A stretch of 64,000 nt of DNA from Priapulus caudatus (Eukaryota), in assembly GCF_000485595.1 (NCBI RefSeq), contig NW_014577078.1:909115-973114 (forward strand). The letters are read 5' to 3'. Below the pieces are notes generated by a model. It worked only from the letters and a program-made list of their open reading frames with translations, searched no databases and was not told the origin of the DNA. The position numbers and the translations under genes are program-made. Positions 13,543 to 26,100 of the stretch are shown piece after piece (the first letter of the stretch is position 1; each line of letters starts with the position of its first letter).

Positions 13543-15715
13543 ACCTCCTCAGTCACACTCACTGCACCGTTCACTCACTTCTCGTCTCTCTAGTCTCTCA
13601 TCCCGTCGGTCTGCATGTCGCTCCTCTCTCTCTCTCTTTCTCTCTCTCTCTCTTTCTCTCACACCCATGTAGCTATCTCTCCCTTCCCGCTTCCTTTCTG
13701 TAATTGTAAAATTGGTAACATAATGAAGGTAGGGAAACCCTCACGTAGTGGAACTACTTGCTTATTGACAGCTAGCACTCAGATAATTGTTGTACATGAG
13801 CAGCTTCTGTCCAGCTACAGGACCGACTTATCAGCTGCTGTGTTGCCATGACAACATACGGGCAGAGCGGACTGCTAGTATTTATTTCCGTGTTCCCATT
13901 AATTGAAGTCAAGTTCACGGGATGAATGTGGCTTGTGGTAAAAAGGACGAGTAGTATATGCTATCAGTGGCATAAACTAAGTTTGCTGACTTTATTACAA
14001 ATATAATTGATAATATATGATAGATAATATTATAAATTTATTATATATGTTATTAAAAGTCTGCAGCAGTAAATGGTAAATTAACGCCGGGATTTGGAAA
14101 GAAGAAAGGGATTGGCAACTAAGGTAATTATAATAAATAGAGCAGAATTGTGTCAGAAGCTATTTACGAGAAATCGAGCGGGCTGTTGGTGTATAAAGTG
14201 ATTGGGAAGAATTAGAGCGAGAGGATAACAGAGCCGCGTTGATGGAAGATAGATTAGGAAGGTGGGTGTGTTGATGAGAAATATGAGCAGTGCGAGTCTC
14301 GATGATATATTTGGCACGAATGGAGTGGGTGGATGACACTGACAGTGACAGTAGGTGGTGGACGTTTAGATTAGGGATTTAAGGCTGTCCTTAATGAACT
14401 TAATGAAATATCAATTTGATTGGCATAGTAATGGAGGATTTTAAAATGAGAAATAACTGGAGAAAGTGACCGAGGTATTTATTTGAAAAATGTAGAGGAC
14501 GCGTGACTGAGGAATCAATAAGGATTAGCAAGGGAAAATGACTGAGGTATCGATAAGTAGAGGGGGAGTGGCTAATGTATCTACGAGGGATAGTGAGGCA
14601 CAGAGATCTATGTAGACTAATGGGACATGGAGAGTGGGAGTAGCTATATATAGTACTGATTAGATTACAATTGCAAAGGAATAATCAGGGCTGATAATGG
14701 AGGTTTATAAGAATCATTACGTTCCTTATTACGAATCATTATTATAAGAGTTACAATTACAATAACATTTTGCATGCTGCACAAATGAACTAAAATATTC
14801 AGTGGGAGAGGATTATAGGGTTGAAATGGTAGTGATGCTGTACTAATAGTATTTTACTAACATTTATTGTACTAGTCAGGAAAACCAATCGAGGCCATAT
14901 TTGCGATTTGAGACTATCAGTTTGTAGTGATTGCTTGTATTGATTTTACAGCAAATGTATGCAGCTTTGCATAAAAAAGTACTGTTCGTGAAAGATTTTG
15001 TTCTCTGAGTTTTAGAAAGCACATCATTAAAACAGTTGACAGTTTTGTCCATTGCGATGAATTATCAATGGGTACGTCAGTTTGTGGATACATGTGAATT
15101 CTAGATGCCCAGTTATTCGTCGTCGAAATACATGTACCTCATGTGAATTTTAGTTCATAATTAATGTAAAAGAATTTTGTTATATGCTCATGTGTTTAAA
15201 TATCAGACTCAAAATGATGTTGTGTTATAATTCTTATTATATCGTATTTACTTACCTGTACCAGGATTATTCTTGGTCATATTACTTACGCGATTAAATA
15301 TAATTAATTGCAACTATAGATAGCAACCAGTGACGTGGTCAAAGAAGTTGAAGCTAGGAAGATGGCAGTTCGAAGAAATTGAGCAATCTGAACATGTGAC
15401 AAAATAGCACCAAAAGCCAATTAACTTCTATTGATGTTGATATTGATAGGCTGTTGTTTGTATAGTGCGTAATATGCAACACATGACAGGCACATTAAAA
15501 AAATGCGTGATGAAGTCCGAATGTTGAACCTATATAATATTGATACAGACATGCTACTGCTAGTAGTAGTTTTGCAATACATCCTGTGTATACCGTATAT
15601 ATATGCAGTTTATTACTATAAAAATGTATATATATAATATGACTGTTTGGTTAGGTATAAATCAGACTTTTGTAAACCAGGACTGGCTGGGTTTTCAGAA
15701 TTACTTCCATGACTG

Positions 15716-15750
<35 letters not shown>

Positions 15751-16014
15751 AGTCATGGAAGTAATTCTGAAAACCCAGCCAGTCCTGGTTTACAAAAGTC
15801 TGATTTATACCTAACCAAACAGTCAAAGCTATAAAAATGAATCAGTATACTGCTCAAGTTACCAATCCCGGAATGAGGGATGGACTGGCTCCGAAAACTT
15901 CTTCTGCGGAACGGAGCTAACAAGAATTAGTAATAGTTCTAATGAACCAATAACTAAATAAATAAAAAATATATACATGTATGTGCGTGCGTGCGTGCGT
16001 GCGCGTGCGTGTGG

Positions 16015-16046
<32 letters not shown>

Positions 16047-18457
16047 TGCGTACGTGCGGGCGTGTACGTGTGCGTGCGTGCGCGTGTGTGTGTTAGCCCT
16101 ACGCTGTCCATCGCCCTTCCACAGCTGTACATTCTTTTGTATAGTAATTAGTATTTTCAGCTATTTTAGCACAAGCTAAACAACTTACAACGACCAACTC
16201 GTGCGATCTTAGTTGTGTCCATATTAGTGCGCAATCGTTTACATTAAAATCTATTCTGTTTTACAAGGTGATGATCTCAAAGATATATGTCAGCTAAGTT
16301 TATTGATCTATTTTTGGTGATAATGTTCAATGTCAATAAGATAGAAGCAAAGCGACAGCGCATCCAATGACACGGTACAGTTGTGTCAACAAAATTATTT
16401 AAGTGATATCGTAGTCATGTATTAAAGTGCTAAACAGGAGGCAACGTCTGCGAAAGAATCTGCAAACTCACACTATCTATGGCTTCTCGGTTTACTTTTC
16501 CCGTCGTTAATGTAAACATAGGTGTGTTCACTATAGTTACTGTTTCTTTGACGTTGATTTGGTGTGACAAAACCATGGAGTATATTAGCATATTTGATTC
16601 CACAATGCACACGAGAACTACAATGTTCTACCATATATATATATATCGCATAATACCATGAACATACGAATTATTAATATGTATACTAAGTTCCTTAAAG
16701 TATTATTGTAATAGTTTATGTTACGTAAAATATATATATACACGCAATAATACTTGTTTTCTACAGCATCCAGTGACATTGTGATATGGTTTGTTATCCT
16801 TATATAAACTGACAGTGTTCACTTTGTTGGAACTTGTATTTCTGCAGAGAATTCGCTGCTGTTATGCTTGTTTTTTCACTATCAGAGTTTAACTGGTATC
16901 GATATTGTATTCCCATGGATATGCCAATATTTCGCTATAATTTTAAAATCTCTACAGGCGGCTCGATTCTTACATGTGTATTTTTTATGTGCAGGTCACC
17001 CCGAAGAGTGCAGGACTGAACCCAAATGCCAATGTCTTTCATAGCACTAAGCAGACAGAAGGGAGCACGTGGGAGGAGCCGGAACTGCTTGCTTCTCCTA
17101 TAGTGACGCAGGATGGTAAGTAATGATACCAACCCACCGCTGATACCATCATGGTCATTCCTTCACCTGTTACTCGCACCTGCATTGTTTTTTGGAGTGG
17201 AGTTCCGTCAAAAATGTACGATAAATATACTGCATATATATATATGTGTATTTGTATACTTACATGTACACAATTAGGTTGAGAATTGTCCGCTTCATAA
17301 CTTATTTGTTATGAAACGCTGATAAACCAGTCAGCTTTCAGGTTGGAGTTACACACGGTAGCTCAGATACGGTAGTTGATACGGTAGCAGCGTCTGTAGT
17401 GGAACGTGTTTTTGCCAGTTTGATCAATACCGGAACGATTGCATATTATGTGTGAAGCGTTCTCACTATTTTTGCTCATCAGTGTAATTTGATGATTTCC
17501 GTGCATAGCAAGGCAGTCGTAACTTGTTGCATCGTCCAGGTGCCGTACAGTGTTTTAGGCAGCGATCGCCACGTGTTTGCTAAAATCGGTTGCACACATG
17601 TGAAGCCGAAAGACTCATTTAAATCTCCTTCCTTAGTGAAATTCGAGACTTTTGATATGGTGCCATGTTTTGCTGCAACCATGCATGCTTACACGCAGGT
17701 GTAAGTGGGGGATCTGCGCTTAATGCTCCGTGAGTCGCAAATTTCCATCACCAGCGGGAGTGACTTCGATTTATTGGTAACCTGGTCACGCATGTCCTTG
17801 CTCGTACATGTCATTACTTCGTTTTACATGTATTATCGTCGATATGAGAAGAGGCGGAATTAAGTCGTAGTGGTTGGCTGGAACTGTCCGGCATTTTGAT
17901 TGATATTGTAGTAGCAGTAGAATATGTAGGAGGGATTTTTCCGAATTAGGCTGGATTGTCTGGACTTGGTAAGTGTTGTGTTTGCTCTGGTTTCGAGGTT
18001 CTCGGTGTACGTGCAAGTGATGCGAGCAGTCTCTCAGCTGGGCGCCCTCGCGCATGAATGATGTCGCTCTCTCTCCCTCTCCCTCCCTCTCTCTCGCCCG
18101 CTCCCTTTCCCTCTCCCTTCCCCTCTTCCCCTTCCTTTCCTCTCTCTCTCTCTCTCCCTCTCCCTCGCCCTCTCCCTCTCCCTCTCCCTCTCCCTCCCCA
18201 TAACCATCCCTTTCACCGTCCCCACTCTCTCCCTTACCCTCTTCCCCCTCTCACCCTGCGTCTTTTCAAGTTGCTTTCTCGCCGCGCTCTTTCCGGGATC
18301 TTTCTCACGGGTCTTTCTCGGAGTGCTTTCTCTCGTTTCTGCGCGCTCTCTCTCTTTCTCTCTCTCTCTCTCGCCCTCGCCCCCGTCTCCCTCTTTTTCT
18401 GTCTGTCTGCCTGTGTCTCTTCCCTTCTCTCTCGCTCTCTTTATCTCTTTCTATGTG

Positions 18458-18488
<31 letters not shown>

Positions 18489-20116
18489 CGTACTTGTGGA
18501 AGGTGATGGCTGTGCGTCGCTGTAAATGGGATGTGCGCGCGATGTATAGTGAGACTGCTGTATAGCGAGCGACACCTGCGAGGTGCAGGAGAGACCGTGT
18601 GTAAATATCATGGGTCATTTCCACTGCGTACAAATCAATGCACGCGCGGTGTGTGCATCACTTGCTGTCGGCTTCATCTGCGCCACATTGTTTCATCGTT
18701 GTCCGTATAGGCCTAAATGCTGCCTGCATGTGCAGATCGCGATCGCGGCTGTACGAAATCTCGTTATAATTTAGAATTAATCATAAATTCTCTTTTATTT
18801 TAATATTAAACGAAACTATCTCATGAAGGTTGACATGTCCTTGACTGTGTTTGTTTTCCCACTAAATGGGCGAGCGTAATATTTTCTTCTAGTAGTGTAA
18901 TATGTTTTGTGATTGCACCCGAGGCATTTTTGTTGATTCCTTCATAATTAAGATTATCAAATCACTCGATGAATGACGTCTAACACTACTCTCCTCGTGT
19001 CTGTGTGAAGTTGCTTGACATTTACTCTGCCCAGTTCCTATGCTGTGGGGCATCGATGGCATTCATTATATTATATACATGTACAAATCAATATGCTCTA
19101 TAAGTGTGTTGGATCTGTCATGTATGAACCTAGAAAAGGCAAGCAACTGATCAGCACTTGGCATTTAGTTTATTTATAGGCAATTATCGGGAACACAAAA
19201 ATAGCAGGTGTAAATGATCTCAAATAACGGATTTTATAATATAATATCATTTGACATTATGTACACCTGAAAATATTTGGTCAGGATACACGTAATTGAA
19301 CGTACTTGCTGTAAAATTTGAGAATTTAACTTTGCTCGGTAAAACTGACCTTTGCCCAGTCGGTTACAGCTGCTTGGTGTAATACAGTGTACTTGAAGTA
19401 AACCGTGTAGAGTCGCTCTGTTCCCCCCTTTTCCACCAATGTTGCTTCAGTTGCTGGTGTGAGCATGTCTGCGTGGGATGACACAATATTTCAGTGAGGC
19501 GTGTTGTGTGTAGTGGGGTATTTAAATCCTCACTGTTTTCTATGCCATAATTGATTTTCGTCAACGCTCACAATTGCAATAAAGCCTGTATTATTCTGAA
19601 GCTCGTTTCGTGAGCATTCCGGGTAACAGAAATGAAAGCACGCAAACGCAATTATGTTTAAATGGTGAAAGGGTTTTTGCGATAGTACTATTAGTAGTTT
19701 TCACGATTACCTAAATGTTGAAACTATTGTTGCAATTACGCTGAAGGCAGGAAGCCTCTATTCACATCCTGCTTGTGAATATTACCAGGCCTGTGGGCAC
19801 TACAGCGTTATTGCTAGTACGTTGCTGGTAAAACTAATTTGCGACCGCGTGTATAGTGTGTCTCGTGAGAATAGGGAGACAGCGAGAGACGAGGGGAGGT
19901 GGAGAGAGGGGGAGGGAGAGAGGGTCGCTGAGAGCAAGGCTGAGACAGAGCGAGAGTGAGCAAGAGAGAAGCGAGAGAAAGAAAGAGATGGATGAATGGA
20001 TGGATGAATGGATGGATGGATGGATGGATGGATGGGTGGATGGATGAATGGATGGATGAATGGATGGATGGATGGATGGATGGATGGGTGGATGGACGGA
20101 CGGACGGACGGACGAC

Positions 20117-20193
<77 letters not shown>

Positions 20194-23100
20194 AGAGAAA
20201 GAGAGAGAGAGCGAGAGGGGGGGGAGAGAAGAGAGAATAAGAGCAGGGCGAGCAAGAGAGAATGGAGCAAGAGCAAAAGAAAAGAGAAAGAGAGGGGAGG
20301 AGTCAGCTAGGGGAGATAGAAGATGGAAAGGGACGGGGAAGAAAGAGAGAGAGGGAGGTCGTGGGCAGGAGGGCAAGAGAGCAAGGGGGTCGAGGTCAGA
20401 GCAAGAAGCATAGAACAGAGACACGGAGTCGGTAAAAGCATGTACAATACAACACGTTTTCTAAAATTTAATTATGCATCTGGTACACATTCAATGAAAT
20501 TGCCGGTTTTTAGTAAGAAACTTGATTATGTGCCCAAAGTGGGATTTATACCGAGAGGTCTTACTGAATCAATATAGATCTGCTCATTTGATACGAATCA
20601 AGGGGCTGTGTGCATGAGGCCATGAGCACTGATAACATTTGCATCTCTCCCTGTGCTCTGCAGAGATAATTTCTAGAGCTAACCCAAAAGTAGGTGAAGC
20701 CGACTGGATGGGAGCGTGGGTGGATTATTTGATCCGGATGAGACAGAGTGCCATAAGCTGGCCGTTTGTTTGGTCAGATCCACTGAACCTGATCCACTCT
20801 ATCTGACCCTGTTGACGAGGTGGGTTCGAAATGCAGAATGTTCCTAGGAGAAGAACGTACCTCGTAGTTATTCGCTCGATTTAATACTCACACGTACGTG
20901 GCTTTTTTACAATCTCTTGCAGGCTTTCAGATGAATGGTGATGCTGGGAAGTACCCATGCACTGTGTTTCCACCAACGCCAGACTCCTCCCCGATGCAGA
21001 CGCTGTCACCGGTCGGCGACTTTGACGAGGCGAACGGGGCGACCATCCAGGCAGCAGCCGAGCCATGCTACGCTGCCATAGCTGCTGAAGCCGGCGTCAC
21101 CTTAGGTACGACACGGCTTGCCTCGCTCATGATGGCATGAAACTATACGTCGTAGCTGGGGGTCAGGGAACTATTCGGGCAGATGGCGAGTGTGTGTGAG
21201 GTCCTAATGTACATGCTTCAGTCAAATGATCAAATGGTGTCCGCATAGTATTTTGTCGGCGTGAAATAGTAAAACGCGATTATTGTGAATGATTGATTGT
21301 TAAACATATTTTACCTCTTGATAACACCTCTAACACTACCCATGATTGCTATGTAGATTTCTGTAGTTTTCTCAAGTGATTTGAAAGTGATAATTGTCAT
21401 AGTATGGAAGAGAGAGATGAGAACATTATGATATACTACCCTTTATCTCTGTCCACGCGATAAGAATAGTTAGTCATGGTGTTATCATGTGGGGCATCTC
21501 ATGAAATACAATTTATTTAATTGCTTCTGTCATATCTAAAATGCGGGACTTATCTCATGAAAATAGTCTAGTAAATAAATATCTAAATGATGTGGATATA
21601 TATGTTGACAGTTGGTCGCATGTGTGCTCACAGTGTGATGATTCATGATACACATCGAATAGGGCATGATTCATAATAAGTGAAGAATTGGGAGCATAAA
21701 GCCACATGAATAAATAATGACTTGGCTGTCACGTGCATTTACTGTATGCGAAAAAGCCATCATCAGTGTAATACTGCATGTCAACTTCACTTCTGACATT
21801 TTCGCACATGTGTCGAGGAATTGTGGGACCCGCAGTTTTTTGTTATCTGGATGCTCTGTGGTGACTAACACAGACGTGATGGTTTAACACTTGTTAATGG
21901 TTGTTTCGTTGTTTGTTCATCTTAAAACGCTACACAGTACAAAGGAGCTACTGATGACTCAGAGAATTGCTAGTGTGTTTTGTGAAATGGCTTAAATCCT
22001 AATTCTCTTCAGTACTTTTCAAATGCCTTTGTTCTTTATTAGCATCGTAATGATAACAGTAAAAACGGCAATATCGTCATAGACAATTAGGCACGCAAGG
22101 CAATAATGCAAATGCAGTACTTAATTAAGGAAATCCGAGGGTAAAACAACCAAAGAACATGCCGCGTATTGTATTGCAAAGGAAAGGCTTGATTGCAAGC
22201 TGCTAGCTGCTAGCTTGTCATTGAGTACAGGGGAGAAATAGAAAGAGTGTAGGCAAGGAAGGCTGTGTAGAGACGAGGACAGTGTCAGCAGGCCGCAAGT
22301 GTCAAGTTGCAATTGTTGCAGGTTTATCGTCTGCCAATTCAATTTATATTTATTATATTTGCCAACCCACCACCAGGAAATCGTTTTTCGTTTGTTTGCA
22401 GATGAAAGTCAGACGCTGGACAAACAGATTCCCCTTGACGAGTTGAAAAAGCTGCTCCAGCAACAGCTGGAGTTCTACTTCTCTAGGTAAGACTGATGTG
22501 AGAGCAGCAGACACTCGCCTCGATGTGTCCAACCTGTGGCGTGGTTTATAATTAGGGGTGTTCACCGAATAATCACGATTCACCAATAATCGCGACACGG
22601 CGGCCCACGATACGGTAATCGATACGCAGCGTCTGTATCGCGATACAAACGATACGGATGGTAAACAGTGAATAAGGCAAGCTAAACTAATTAATAAAAC
22701 ATTTGAACTGCGGTTGTAGAAATCTGGGTCAATATATGTGGCGCACTTCTATTGCCGCCAAAATTTTTACCGCAAAACAATGAAGAGTGCTGATTGACTT
22801 CAGTGGCACATACTGTAGCGCTGTGTATATGGCGTGCATGTGAGTGGAGCTGTCGCTTACTGGTCAGTCTAGAGCACCGGCACTTGAAGCGTTTCAATAA
22901 AATATAATGCTAACTAAATACGAAATCTATTTACTGCCAAATTCTTAATGTTTCTATACTCTCTTTCACCTATTATTGCCGACAGTTTCCTGTCAATTCC
23001 GTCCAAATCCCACGTGCAACTGCATAATATATATAGCAGGTAGGAAAGCGGGATCGCAAAATTTGCTCGACGCTCGCTGGGTTTCACACTTTCACAGCAC

Positions 23101-26100
23101 GAATACACATCCAACAGCTGCCATCTTTGTTTCTATGTCAAGAACAGTGTTCACTTGTTATAAAAAGATACTGTCTCTGTTCGTAACCGAGCTGTGTCAC
23201 GCGAAATCACGCAAGGACTGATCAAATTCTCGCGTTCGCAAACCTTGCCCCGTAATGTAAATGGCTGTCATAATCAGGGCTATATAGACTGGGACTCGCT
23301 CCCACCTCGATTACCCATCGAGTGACTAAGCTAAGCCGAGAGGTGGGAGCGAGTGCCAGTCTATGGACTATATGCGACGCGCAGGAATGTTGCAAAAACG
23401 TTGCAGCATTGCGGCGCAAGAATGAGGTCACGAAGAGCGCCGGTAGGTGTTACCTGATTCTGACAGCCATTTACATTACGGGGCAAGGTTTGCAAATGCG
23501 AGAATTTCGTCAGTCTTTGTGTGATTTCGCGTGACACAACTCGGTTACGAGCAGAGAGTATGTTTTTATAACAAGGAAACACTGTTTTTGACATAGAAAC
23601 AAAGATGGCAGCTGTTGGATGTGTATTCGTGCTGTGAAAGTGTGAAATCCAGCGAGCGTCAAGCGAATTTTGCGATCTCGCTTTCCTACCTGCTATATAT
23701 ATTAGTGTAAGCATGCAACAGTGGAGCCACGAGAGCAATGGCGCCGGCAGCATATATGGTTGCATGTAGGATTTGGACGGAATTGGCAGGAAACTGTCGG
23801 CAATAATAGGTGAAAGAGAGTATAGAAACATTAAGAATTTGGTAGTAAATAGATTTCGTATTTAGTTAGCATTATATTTTATTGAAACGCTTCAAGTGCC
23901 TGTGGTCTAGAGCATTCTAAGAACGTCTCAGTGTGTTTTAGCCATAGAAATATGTATATAGTAACCGATTGTTTACTATATATTTCCATGGCTGTGACAT
24001 ATCTTTCTGTTAGTGACCTATGTATCAAGGTACGTATCGTATCGCGACCCTACACTGCCCTAGTGTATCATTACACCTCTATTTGTGATATCGCAACATT
24101 TGCTATATAATCCTTTAAGTTGTATTGTCATAGAGAAATACTGACAATGTGACATGGGCACAGTTGCTGGGTTATGCTTAGAGGTTGTCTGCCGACTTGG
24201 TCCGATGCTGCTGGGAGCTGTCTATAGCTGGATAGAATGATTCATAACAGCCTCCCTCAGTGCACCTCAATTGTCTGCTTACGATGACCGATAAATCCGA
24301 AAAACATTGATTTTCTTGTTTTGTGCGATGTTTATATGTCCGCTCGTCTACACTCGTAAAACATTTTAATAGCGGGTCTGTTTTAATTTTCAACAGTACT
24401 CGTACAATTTTTACACATATTCTTAAAAGAATTTGTCGTAACTGCATGATGTTGCTGCTGTGTTCAAGATGCATCTTAATGTACATTTCAATCAACGAGG
24501 AGTCTTAATTATGCACCTGAATGCAAGAAATACTGTTACTATAAATTAATATTAAATAATTCAGTAATTCACATGTCGGGGCCGGGCCCTTGTCTTCATA
24601 GGGAAAATCTTGCCAGCGACACATACCTCCTCAGTCAAATGGACGACGAGCAGTTTGTGCCCATCTGGACAATCGCCAACTTCAACCAGGTGAAGAAGCT
24701 GACCACCGATGTGCCGCTGATTGTGGAGGTGTTGCGACGTAAGTATGAGGATGTGTGTTGCAATCTTTGTCGTATTATTCGAACCGTTTGCTTCTGGAAC
24801 ATACGTCGCCTGTGACATTCAGGGTAACAACCGCTCGAGTGTTTTACGTACCTTGGCGATTGTTTTTCACTCCCATATCTGAAGTTGGCCTCGCTGTTGT
24901 ACGTGAGTACAAAGGTGTACCCTTCGTTGACTTCACTTACAAAATTCACTGGCCTGGCTGGGGTTTGAGTGCTCACAACCTTTGGCGTGAAACGTGAACA
25001 TGAGACCCACTAGCACTGGCATTGGCCACTGGACAACCCAATGATCTCCAGTCGTGCAGGGGGAGGAGTGCATGCGCGCGTGTGCACTTATGATTGAGCC
25101 GTTGATTGTGACGTGGGAAACCTTATCACATTTGTTGTATAATTGTCAGGCAGCGATCCGATCAAATCGGCAAACTGAAATATTTATGAGATAAAACGTT
25201 TCCATCACTCTCGAGCAAGTGAATTCATTGGGTTATTGAGGATACTGAGTAATTAAATTTGAATTCTGGGAAGTGGCATGATTTCCCTCAAACATGAAGT
25301 CAAAATTAACTTGTAGGCCCCTTACCAGCCAAGGGTTCGCGTTTGTGTGGTATACCAATCAAGTTAACTGCTTTCAATCGGTCTATGCACTTATAATTTG
25401 TAAACGTCTGAATTTTGACTGTTCATGTTCACAGAGTCTCCATTTGTAAAAGTGGACGTGAAAGGCGAGAAGGTGAAACCCAACCACAAACGCTGCGTCG
25501 TCATCTTGAGAGAAATTCCAGATGCCACTCCTATAGAGGTACAGTACCCTACCATTCTTATTACTGTTGCTTCTGCCAGTCACACCTGCATACAGTACGC
25601 AAACATCCTACTGGTCCATCTACCACTCATATATACATAGGGGCAGTACTCCAATATCCTACTCATTCCTCTGCCAATTAATAATAATAATGTATAAATT
25701 AGTAAATAATATATGCATGTTATATGCACATAACGGTCTGTGTGCAGTACTCCACATTACCTGACTCGTAACTGGATCACACTGGACTCGTACATGGCTT
25801 TCACGCTCTGCGATCTTATACCCGGCCTCTTATATTTTCATCGCGTACCTGGTCGTCACGCCCGGTATCTGCCATCACACGCTGATTCTATATTTCAGGC
25901 AATCAAGAATCTATTTAATAGTGAGAAGTGCCCGAAATTGGTCAACTGTGAATTTGCGCACAACAACAGCTGGTACGTGACGTTTGACAGCGATGAGGAC
26001 GCGCAGAAAGCCTACAGATACCTGCGGGAGGAGGTTGTCGTCTTTGCTGGCAAGCCGATCATGGTACGTACTGCACGCGTGCGCGCGAGCGCAAATGCGT

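Noticed and set aside
19800..20424. Long minus-strand ORFs (158 and 196 aa)
   Set aside because: Translations of compound microsatellites (SLSL, HPSI); no coding signal.
21945..21980. CTGATGA hammerhead-like core (also 9361, 11008, 62145)
   Set aside because: No correctly placed GAAA or closing helices.
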